In this document: in pieces, positions 26,756 through 39,172 of the stretch
Layout: each line of letters begins with the position of its first letter
Position numbering within the stretch: the first letter of the stretch is position 1
DNA from: Eledone cirrhosa
Lineage: Eukaryota
Assembly (NCBI GenBank): GCA_964016885.1
Contig: OZ024741.1
Coordinates: 217,806,001 to 217,870,000 of the forward strand
DNA length: 64,000 bases
Direction of reading: 5' to 3'
Notes under the pieces: model-generated
Seen by the model: only the letters and a program-made list of their open reading frames with translations
The model's database searches: none
What the model was told of the DNA's origin: nothing
Made by a program: the position numbers and the translations under genes

Positions 26756-27360
26756 TATATACATATACATACACACACACACATATATATATATATATAA
26801 CGTATATATGTAGACACACACACACATACATATATATACACATATATACACATATATACATATATATATATACATTATTAGGTATAGGATTATCCTATTT
26901 ACATTGTACATTTTAACCATTCTGCTCTGAGGATACAGTGGTCACAGCATTGGATATTTGAGTTCTGCAAATAGTTGTAAATTTGCACATAGCATAACTA
27001 GGCTGTATAACCACCGTGGAAACATTTGTAAGCACACGGAATAAATTACCTTTTTATGATGTCTACCTGTTATTATTCATTCTTTATATATATATATACA
27101 TATACATACACACACACACACGTATATATATAACGTATATATGTAGACACACACACATACATATATATATATACATAATATATAAGAACAAATATCTGCA
27201 TTGCTTTATTGTACTACAATAAAACTCACCTCCTACATATATATACATATATACATATACATACAAACACACACATATATATATATATAACGTATATATG
27301 TAGACACACACACACACACACACATACACATATATATATATACATATATACATATATATG
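26336..27360. repeat. Compound (TA)/(CA) higher-order repeat with a recurring tataacg(c/t)atatatg(c/t)agac anchor
   Basis: Direct read. Confidence 0.85.
26923..27034 (+). ncRNA. Type-I hammerhead ribozyme motif with long stem II
   Basis: TGCT-CTGAGGA-TACAGTGGT...ACCACCGTG-GAAA-CATTTG-TA-AGCA; stem I TGCT/AGCA; GUA triplet. Confidence 0.7.
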
Positions 27361-27608
27361 TAGAAATTCTATTTAAATTGTTGGGATACAACAAGCAAAT
27401 ATTTTTATAACTGATATAAAGCACTCAACAAATAATTGGAGTAAAAATACGATATTAACAAATGGAAAGTATATTTATAAAACCATATTTATTTCATTAT
27501 ACATATTTCAAGGACACCAAGTTAAATTATGGTGTGTTTTCTTCAGATAAAATATAATATAGAGCAGTTTTATAAATAAATATTGACATACCCTTAAAGA
27601 ATGCGACC
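27361..27608 (-). mobile_element. PLE-like terminal fragment, family F1 (diverged)
   Basis: Homologous to 44398-44762 and 56091-56254; lies between TA tracts. Confidence 0.7.
27490..27554 (-). ncRNA. Type-I hammerhead ribozyme motif
   Basis: Minus: TATTTTAT-CTGAAGA-AAACACACCA...TGGTGTCCTT-GAAA-TATGTA-TA-ATGAAATA. Confidence 0.65.
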
Positions 27609-27612
27609 ATAT

Positions 27613-27685
<73 letters not shown>

Positions 27686-27690
<5 letters not shown>

Positions 27691-28185
27691 CAGGAAAGAA
27701 GGTTTACATGGTTTGCTATACAAAAAAGTTTTTAATCACATAGCTTACATTTGTTTCACTGAACTGGTATGTCTAGAGATCGCTATCCGCCTAATTTTGC
27801 GTCACTCGATCGCCAATACAGAATTATAACCAGTCAGATCTTCGGAGCATGCTCCGAAGCATTCTCGCATGCTCCGAAGATCTGTCTGGTTATAATTCTG
27901 TATTGGCGATCGAGTGACGCAAAATTAGGCGGATAGCGATCTCTAGACATACCAGTTCAGTGAAACAAATGTAAGCTATGTGATTAAAAACTTCTTTGTA
28001 TAGCAAACCATGTAAACCTTCTTTCCTGATTTATTATTACTCCAAGTGTTTACAACATAGGAATTACAGCATACCCGCAGCATCACTATGAAAACGCCTT
28101 GTTGAGTCAAACCAAGCCAAGCGTTAATATCATCATAACTGGACTTCACCTAAGTGGACTGCATTTAACTATTATTTGTTAATCC

Positions 28186-28186
<1 letters not shown>
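27686..28186 (+). mobile_element. Fold-back PLE-like insert in (TA)n
   Basis: Inverted arms 27686-27852 / 27867-28033, tail to 28186. Each arm has a hammerhead-like motif GCT-CCGAAGA...GAAA-CAAATG-TA-AGC (27871-27976 +; 27743-27848 -). Confidence 0.75.
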
Positions 28187-28224
<38 letters not shown>

Positions 28225-28957
28225 TATATATATATATATATATTAAGACAGGGGGGAAGAAAAAATGGCTTCACTTGTGCTTTCAACAAATTTATTTTCT
28301 TCACAAAATCCAAAAAGAATTTTTTTCCGGATTAGAAAAATTTTTTTATTAAAAAAAATTATTTTATAAATTAAGTTGTTGGTTGTTGGTTAGGTCTTAG
28401 GAGTTCTTGATTAACGTAGGAGGTATTGTTTCGTTTTTAGAACGACCTTTCACGCTGAGGTGCGCTTGTCAAACTGATGTGTATGTGGTGTGTTGTTCTA
28501 TATATAGGGATTTAACATGTCTGTGGTGTGGTGGGGGTTTCTTTTCTCCCCCTTTAATAAGTGTATGGGTGTAGGTGTGTTGAAAAAGTGTTAATAGCAG
28601 TAATGAGTTGAGACGGTGAGTAGGGTTGGGTGGGGAGAAATGTAGCAAGTGCGGCCTGCCCCGGTCATTCTCGAAAAATTCCTTTATTCAGGGGAAAAAG
28701 CTTTTAGTATTCCTTTTGTGTTGAGAATGGTCACAGGCAAATCGCACCTGTCAAGCTTGTGAATAATTATTTTTTTCTTTTTTTCTGAAGAATTTTTCTA
28801 CGTCCATCCCAAAGTTAGTCCTTTGTTCAACACACACATATGTGCGTATATACGTACATACACACACGGGCATATGTAGGAATATATAGGCACACACCAT
28901 CAATCACACACCCATGTACAAATACATCCACATACATACACAAAAACATATAGAGAC

Positions 28958-29010
<53 letters not shown>

Positions 29011-29022
29011 TTTAAATATATA

Positions 29023-29115
29023 GGTTGACTTTGCCTTTCATCCTTACGGGGTCGATAAAATAAAGTACCAGTAATGCACTGGGTAATTGCTGGCCTTGTG
29101 CCTAAAGTAGAAACA
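29023..29115 (+). mobile_element. 5'-truncated SINE A with 18-bp TSD
   Basis: TSD ATTATTTTTAAATATATA at 29005-29022 and 29116-29133. Confidence 0.88.
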
Positions 29116-29219
29116 ATTATTTTTAAATATATATTCACAGTGAAAAGAAGAGACATGAGAAAGAAAAATAGAGATACATACTCAAAGGTAGGCCAATATT
29201 TAGACATCTGTGTATATAT

Positions 29220-29341
<122 letters not shown>

Positions 29342-29521
29342 TGAATGTGAGGGTGTGGGTGTGATGGTAAGGAGAAGGTGGAATATAGAGTTTGGGCTAA
29401 GTTTTATCATTAGGTTGGCAACAGTGTGAGATGTTCAGGTCTTGTTTCCTTTCTCAGTTTCATCTGACATTTCTACAACATCACTAGACCATGCCAAGTA
29501 TCACTAATTGTTTACTTAATA

Positions 29522-29802
29522 GTGTTGTTGATGATGTTGATGGTGATGATGGGGGTGGTGGTGGTGGTGGTGGTGGTGGTGATGATGATGTTGATGGGGA
29601 TGATGGGGGTGATGGTGGTGGTGGTGGTGGTGGTGATGATGATGGTGATGGTGATGATATTGATGGTGGCGGTGGTGATGGTGATGATGATGGTGATGAT
29701 GTTGATGGTGGTGGTGGGGATGATGTTGATGATGATGTTGATGATGTTGATGATGTTGATGATGTTGATGATGATGATGATGATGATGTTGGTGATGATG
29801 AT
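29522..29802. repeat. (GAT/GGT)n tract
   Basis: Direct read. Confidence 0.95.
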
Positions 29803-29809
29803 AATAATT

Positions 29810-29990
29810 GTTTCTACGCTTGGCACAAGGCCAGCAATTACCCAGTACATTACTGGTACTTTATTTTATCGACCCCGTAAGGATGAAAGGCAAAGTTAAC
29901 CTCGGCGGGATTTGAACTCAGACTGTAAAGGGACGTAGCTATGCTAGAAAGCATGGCGTCCAACCCTCTACCCATACTGCCAATTCACCA
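29810..29990 (-). mobile_element. SINE family A, full length
   Basis: Same as 11772-11962. Confidence 0.88.
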
Positions 29991-30077
29991 ATGTCCCTCT
30001 ATAGATATTGAGGTAAGGGAGTGTGTAATGAGCATTGTGGTCTGTGGAGCGTCGAGTGGAATGTATGGTGTATACTA

Positions 30078-33000
30078 TGTGGTGGGGTGTGGTGTAGTGT
30101 GGTGTAGTGTGGTGGGGTGTAGTGTGGTGTGGTGTGGTGTTGTGTGGTGGGGTGTAGTGTGGTGGGGTGTAGTGTGGTGGGGTGGGTGGCGTGTAGTGTG
30201 GTGGGGTGTTGTGTGTTGGGGTGTAGTGTGGTGGAGTGTAGTGTGTTGGGGTGTAGTGTGGTGGGGTGTAGTGTGGTGGGGTGTAGTGTGGTGGAGTGCA
30301 GTGTGGTGGGGTGTAGTGTGGTGGGGTGTAGTGTGGTGGGGTGTAGTGTGGTGGAGTGTAGTGTGGTGGGGTGTAGTGTGGTGTGGTGGGGTGGGGTGTA
30401 GTGTGGTGGGGTGTAGTGTGGTGGGGTGTAGTGTGGTGGGGTGGGTGGGGTGTAGTGTGGTGGGGTGGGGTGGGGTGGGGTGTAGTGTGGTGGGGTATAG
30501 TGTGGTGGGGTGTAGTGTGGTGGGGTGTGGTGTTGTGCGGTGGGGTGTAGTGTGGTGGGGTGTAGTGTGGTGTAGTGTGGTAGGGTGTAGTGTGGTGGGG
30601 TGTTGTGTGGTGGGATGTAGTATGGTGGGGTGCAGTGTGGTGGGGTGTAGTGTGGTGGGGTGTAGTGTGGTGGGGTTTAGTGTGGTGGGGTGTGGTGTGG
30701 TGTAGTCTGGTGGGGTGTGGTGTACTGTTGTGCAGTGCAGAGTGGTGTGGCCTGATGTAGTATGGCGTGGTGTAGTTTGGTGTAGGGCAGTGTTGTGTGG
30801 TGAAGTGCATTGTGGTGGGGGTGTAGTGTGGTGAGGTACGGTGGAGTATACTTTAGTGTGGTGTTGTGTGATGTACTGTGGTGTTGTGTAATATAGTGTG
30901 GTGTTGCTGTGTAGTGTGGTCTAGTACAGTTCTTCTCAACCTTTTTATGCCCATGGACCACTCCTACTTTTACTTTTAAGCTGTTCCATTTTCACACTAA
31001 TGAAAAGACAAAATAGTCTATTTACACTTTAAAATTTATTTTAGTAAACAAGGATAAACACAGGATATCAAAATCAATTTTGATGAAGTCATTCAGTTTT
31101 AGTACATTCAGCTAGTGACTACCTTGATCTTGGTGCTTCTGACACAAGATAGCATAATCAATTTTGATGAAGTCATTCAGTCTTAGTCTGATAGTTCCTC
31201 TGCTGTTGAGATCTAATTTCTTTTTCTACTGAAAACATCCACAACAGCTGAAAATCCAGATTCCACCATTCATGTGGTAGGGAAAGAAATGATGCTTGCT
31301 TCTACATGTTGAAAAATATTTGGGTGTGAGTCCTTTATCGATATGTAGGCAAAGACACCTTCTTTGTCAACTCTTCTCAGTTTTACATTCTCTTTCAAGT
31401 CCAACAATATTTCAGCCAACTCAACATTTTCATCTCCTGGCTCATAATTTTCTAGGTCTACAAACCAGAGTGGATAATCCATCTTTAATAGATCATTGTA
31501 TCTTCGCTCAAAGTCTACATGAAGACCTTCAAGATGGGCAATACATGCAGTAATGCATTCTGATGTAGGAGCAGTGGTGTTGAAATTTTGAAACGATGCT
31601 AAATTTTTTTTCTCAAACTGTTTTTTCCAAAATTTCAATTTCCCCATATAGCCTTTTATCTTCTGAGCACAGGTGACTAAATCTGATCTTCTACCTTGCA
31701 GCTCCAAGTTAAGCAGATTCACTGTTTTAAAAATATCACTCAGGTAGAATATTTTTGATTTAAACTCAGGAAGTCTTTCCAAAATTTCCTTAGCTTGCTT
31801 CTTGGAGTTGTAATGAGTCATTTGGGACTTGAACATGAGAAAGTTGATTAATGGTTCCCACAAATTCACTAGTCTTTCAAGGCTCAAGCCTTTTGACAAC
31901 CATCTTACTTCTGTGTGAAGCAATAGGGTTTTAAAATTTTCATCTTCACAGAATTGCACAAAAAATCTATTATTCACTGAGTTTGATTTGACAAAGTTAA
32001 TTGCATGTATGGCAGTGTTGAGTGCTTCTTGCATGTCTCCTCCAATATTCTTAGCAACCAAATACTGTCTGTGGATAATGCAATGTATATAAAAGATGTG
32101 AGGAGCAACTGATTTCATTCTAGAAACAAAGCCTGTCACTTTTCCAGTCATGGCTGCAGCTCCATCTGATGCAATGTTGATCAAATTAGTCAATGGAATA
32201 TTTTTATCATTAAAATACTGCATTACTTCATTGAATATATCTTCTCCTTTAGTAGTTTCAGGCAAACTTTTAATGAATAACATTTCTTCCCTTATATCAT
32301 CTTCATGGATGAATCTGACATAGACCAGAAGGATAGCTTGGTTATCAATTGTGCTCTCATCAACCTGGATAGAAAACTTTGTCTTTTGCAGAATTTCCAC
32401 CATCTTCTCTTCAACAAAATTAGACATTTGTAATAGTGTCATTTGAAAGTGGAATTGTACTCAGGGTGGATGCAGCATCTTTTCCCAGAACCTCATTTGC
32501 ACAAGCTATCATAGCAGGCTTGACAAGCTTCACACCATAAATCTGAGGTGCTGCAACCTTGGCAATAATTTCAGAGACCAAATAACTTGGTTTGAGTGTC
32601 TTTGCTTTTGCAGTATTCATCTTCTTTACAAAGTCGGATAGTTTGACTGGCTGTCTTTTATTTTTATTCTCAAAATATTCCCTATCTTTACCAACAGATG
32701 ATGGATGCTTTGATTTCTGGTGCTGCTCCAGCTTAACTTTCTTCATGGAATAATTTCTCAAGATGGCACCACATTCAAGACACATATGTTTTGAGTCTAC
32801 AGATACAAAACCAAACATGATAAAATCTTCTGTGTAATTCCTCAGTTTTGCCTTTTTAGCAGTTGGTTCAGACATTCTTACAACTGATATGAAAAAAAAA
32901 CAAAAAAAAACTTTATTTCTATAAATTAGAAATATCAAATTTATTATCAAACAATATTGTGTAGTGATCTATTAGCATAGGAATAATTTGTTTGGTCCTT

Positions 33001-34640
33001 GTGGCGGATATATGTACCGAGTCTGCTATTCTCTTGAATATCTTACTATAATTTGCCGAATGTCCGGCTGTCTGTCCGTTTTATCAACAAAGAAGATTTC
33101 ACGGTACGTACATTCGTTACAAGTAACATTTTTTATATGAATAAAAAAATAAAATAGATATAGCACTGCATAATACCTATGTAATTTCGAAATTTTCAAA
33201 TATAATGGACATGTGTCATTAAACAAAATATTATATTAGTTACATTTTTGTGAAATGGCTACAATTTTTTTATGGCTACGAATTCTCTGTGGACCACTAG
33301 AAATGCTATGTGGACCACCGGTGGTCCACCTGGACCACATTGAGAATCATTGGTCTAGTGTAATATGATGTGAGATAATGCAATGTGATGTAGTCTGGTG
33401 TAGTGAAGTGTGGTGTAGTATGATGTATGGTGTAGGGTAGTGTTTTGTGGTGTTGTGTAGTGTAGTATGGTGGGGTGTTTTGTGGTGGGGTACGGTGGAG
33501 TATATTGTAGTGTGTAGTTGGTTGTGTGTTGATGTAATGTAGTGTAGTGTGGTTCAGTGTGGTGTAGTGTGGTGTAATGTGGTGTCGTGTAGTGTGGTGT
33601 AGGGTGGTGAAATGTGACGTGGTGTAATGTGGTGTAGTGTTGTGTAGTGTAGTGTGGTGTCGTGTAGTGTGGTGTAGTGTGGTGTAATGTGACGTGGTGT
33701 AATGTGGTGTAGTGTAGTGTAGTGTGGTGTAGTGTAGTGTGTTGTAGTGTAGTGTAGTGTGGTATGATGTAGTGTAGTGTGGTGTAGTGTCGTGTAATGT
33801 GGTGTAGTGTAGTGTGATGTAGTGTGGTGTAATGTGATGTGGTGTAATGTGGTGTAGTGTAGTGTAATGTGGTGTAGTGTAGTGTAGTGTGGTATAGTGT
33901 GGTGTAGTGTGGTGTAGTGTAGTGTGGTGTAGTGTAGTGTAGAGTGATATGATGTAGTGTAGTGTGGTGTAGTGTGGTGTAATGTAGTGTAGTGTAGTGT
34001 AGTGTAGTGTAGTGTAGTGTAGTGTGGTATGATGTAGTGTAGTGTGGTGTAGTGTCGTGTAATGTGGTGTAGTGTAGTGTGGTGTAGTGTGGTGTAATGT
34101 GATGTGGTGTAATGTGGTGTAGTGTAGTGTAATGTGGTGTAGTGTAGTGTAGTGTAGTGTGGTATAGTGTGGTGTAGTGTGGTGTAGTGTAGTGTGGTGT
34201 AGTGTAGTGTAGAGTGATATGATGTAGTGTAGTGTGGTGAAGTGTGGTGTAATGTAGTGTAGTGTAGTGTAGTGTAGTGTAGTGTAGTGTAGCGTAGTGT
34301 AGTGTAGTGTGGTATGATGTAGTTTAGTGTGGTGTAGTGTGGTGTAATGTGGCGTGGTGTAGTGTAGTGTAGTGTAGTGTAGTGTAGTGTAGTGTAGTGT
34401 AGTGTAGCGTAGTGTAGCGTAGTGTGGTGTAGTGTAGTGTGGTATGATGTAGTGTGGTGTAGTGTAGTGTGGTATGATGTAGTGTAGTGTAGTGTGGTAT
34501 GATGTAGTGTAGTGTGGTGTAGTGTGGTGTAATGTGGCGTGGTGTAGTGTAGTGTAGTGTAGTGTAGTGTAGTGTAGTGTAGCGTAGTGTAGTGTAGTGT
34601 GGTATGATGTAGTGTGGTGTGGTGTAATGTGGCGTGGGGG
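30078..34640. repeat. (GTGTA/GTGTG/GTGGG)n pentamer-based array split by a hAT insertion
   Basis: Direct read; source of the HYTT pseudo-ORFs. Confidence 0.9.
30927..33352 (-). mobile_element. hAT transposon (Buster/Charlie, ZBED5-like transposase), lightly disrupted
   Basis: TIRs CAGTTCTTCTCAA / TTGAGAATCATTG; TSD GTCTAGTA / GTCTAGTG. BED-like CLEC...LEQHQKSKH, IPLSNDTI, FSIQVDEST, SDGAAAMTG, HCIIHR, EVRWLSKG. Frameshift near 32430 and stop at 31270. Confidence 0.93.
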
Positions 34641-34774
34641 TTGGTACATAAATATCAGAAGACAGCTCTACAATATATTACGTCCTATGCGATGCGATGT
34701 TATGTCGCAATGGAATGAATGAAAAACTTGACAGAAATACTTGGCTGTCGGTTAACGCGGAATTCTTTTCAGCT

Positions 34775-34859
34775 TTCTGTCACCACCACCACCACCACAC
34801 TGCTTTTTTCTTTCTCCCCTTTCTCTCCTCCATACATACATACTTATATATATATATAC

Positions 34860-34947
<88 letters not shown>

Positions 34948-35033
34948 GTATATATATATATATAAGTATGTATGTATGGAGGAGAGGAAGGGGAGAAAGA
35001 AAAAAGCAGTGTGGTGGTGGTGGTGGTGACAGA
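34775..35033. repeat. Inverted duplication centred on (TA)n
   Basis: ttctgtcaccacc...ctccatacatac mirrored by gtatgtatggag...ggtgacagaa. Confidence 0.9.
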
Positions 35034-35044
35034 ATATGTATATT

Positions 35045-35124
<80 letters not shown>

Positions 35125-35125
<1 letters not shown>

Positions 35126-35309
35126 CGAAGGAAATGTGGTAAGGAACCAAGTGGACCATAACGCACCAAAGTACTCAATACTTAAAGTAGTAGAGTGGGT
35201 AATAGGAACAAGTGAGACCCCGACGGCTGAGCTCAAGCCGTTTCGACGGCTAATTCTGGGAATTAGCCGTCGAAACGGCTTGAGCTCAGCCGTCGGGGTC
35301 TTACTTGTT

Positions 35310-35314
<5 letters not shown>
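35125..35314 (-). mobile_element. Short fold-back PLE-like insert in (TA)n
   Basis: Arms 35202-35256 / 35260-35314, tail 35125-35201; hammerhead 3' half GAAA-CGGC-TTGAGCTCA-GCCG-TC-GGGGTC. Confidence 0.7.
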
Positions 35315-35344
<30 letters not shown>

Positions 35345-35437
35345 TAAAATAACAGATTAAAGTTTAAGCAAAGAATCTGTTATTTTAATAAATATTTGCT
35401 CTACATACACTCAAACACACACAGGCACATATATATA

Positions 35438-35536
35438 CAGGGTGTCCCACAAAAATGTATACACACTTCAACAGCATTCTCATAAATATTGCCTGTACAG
35501 GTAATCAATGTGCGTATACATTTTAGAGGGACACCT

Positions 35537-35538
<2 letters not shown>
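35438..35538. mobile_element. Tc1/mariner-type MITE
   Basis: TIRs CAGGGTGTCCCACAAAAATGTATAC / GTATACATTTTTAGAGGGACACCTTG; TA on both sides. Confidence 0.8.
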
Positions 35539-35582
<44 letters not shown>

Positions 35583-35729
35583 ATATACACACATGTACAT
35601 TATACTATATTCATTGATCCTGAAAATTGATATTGGCGCGATTTGAACTCAGAGCGTAGATCGCAACCAGCCATGATTATTACAAGGCGACGCTCTAATG
35701 ACTCTCCCACTCGACTGTCTGTGTTGATT

Positions 35730-35800
35730 CATATATTCGTATACAGAAATATGTTTCTTTTTTACACACACACACACACACACACAACACACACACAGAA

Positions 35801-35844
<44 letters not shown>

Positions 35845-35975
35845 TCACACACACACACACAACACACACACACACAGAATCACACAAACACACACACACA
35901 CAACCATATATTCGTATACAGAAATATGTTTCTTTTTTACACACACACACACACACACACAACACACACACAGAA

Positions 35976-36011
<36 letters not shown>

Positions 36012-36146
36012 AATCACACACACACACACACACAACACACACACACACAGAATCACACAAACACACACACACACAACCATATATTCGTATACAGAAATAT
36101 GTTTCTTTTTTACACACACACACACACACACAACACACACACATAA

Positions 36147-36188
<42 letters not shown>

Positions 36189-36223
36189 TCACACACACAC
36201 ACACAACACACACACACACAGAA

Positions 36224-36262
<39 letters not shown>

Positions 36263-36387
36263 AACACACACACACACACACAGAGAATCACACACACACA
36301 AACACACACACACACAACCATATATTCGTATACAGAAATATGTTTCTTTTTTACACACACACACACACACACAACACACACACAGAA

Positions 36388-36423
<36 letters not shown>

Positions 36424-36621
36424 TCACACACACACACACAACACACACACACACAGAATCACACACACACAAACACACACACAACACACACAAACAAACA
36501 CACACACACACACACAGAGAATCACACACACACAAACACACACACACACAACCATATATTCGTATACAGAAATATGTTTCTTTTTTACACACACACACAC
36601 ACACACAACACACACACAGAA

Positions 36622-36661
<40 letters not shown>

Positions 36662-36908
36662 TCACACACACACACACACAACACACATACACACAGAATC
36701 ACACACACACAAACACACACACAACACACACAAACAAACACACACACACACACACACAGAGAATCACACACACACAAACACACACACACACAAACACACA
36801 CAAACACACACACAATCACACACAGAATAACGCAAATACACACACACACACAAATACACACACGCACACGCACACACACACACACACGCACACACACACA
36901 CACACACT
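35730..36908. repeat. Higher-order repeat: 5 copies of catatattcgtatacagaaatatgtttctttttt with (CA)n/agaat spacers
   Basis: Anchors at about 35731, 35906, 36078, 36319 and 36553. Confidence 0.9.
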
Positions 36909-37279
36909 GACAGACAGAGTTTGGAGAAAGAAATTATCTTGGCGCAGCAACTCATCTTCACGATAAAGGCCACTAGGTTGTTAATTGTCACCCTATTTAT
37001 TACATGGTGGTGGCGATGGCATTGGGTGATGGTGGTGGTGGTGGTGATACGGGTGCGTGAAGGTGTTGGTGGTTATCGAGGTAGCTGTGGTGGCGTCGTT
37101 GGTGGTTGTGGGGGGGGGGGGGGGGCAGTAAAATATTAAGTTGAGACAAATATGTGATGAGGAAAAAATATATATTAGTAGCTGACTAAAGCGGTATTTG
37201 CAAAATTGCTTAATGTAAAATGACAACGAATACATAAATAGATTGATAAATAGTTTCTGGGTAAGATGGGTGGGTCAGT

Positions 37280-38760
<1,481 letters not shown>

Positions 38761-38773
38761 ATGCCTCCATATG

Positions 38774-38804
<31 letters not shown>

Positions 38805-39172
38805 GTATGTATGTGACATTCATTACAGCTATGGATAAAGTAGGATGCTGCTGGTGAGGGTTGAAGTGTTGGGCTGGTGTGTGTTATGGTGAGGTGTAGT
38901 GCAACTGAAGGCACTATTCTATAAATACTGATTTAACAGTAAGTTAATCTTTGTTGGATGTCACAGAAATCTGTTGAGATTATAGAAATGATAAATTGTC
39001 TAGCAGACAACAACATCATTGCCTTATGTTAGTATGTTACACTCATAACCTTGTTGTTTACTGCATATTAACAGCCATAGATAAAGTATACTCTCATCAA
39101 ACCGTAGCAAATTTGAGGAAAAAATAAGGCTAGTTATAATTAATTATGAATCACTACCTCGTTACGGACAAC

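Noticed and set aside
28430-28826. Degenerate hammerhead and GIY-YIG C-terminus
   Set aside because: The core reads TTGACAA and the protein similarity is too weak to support.
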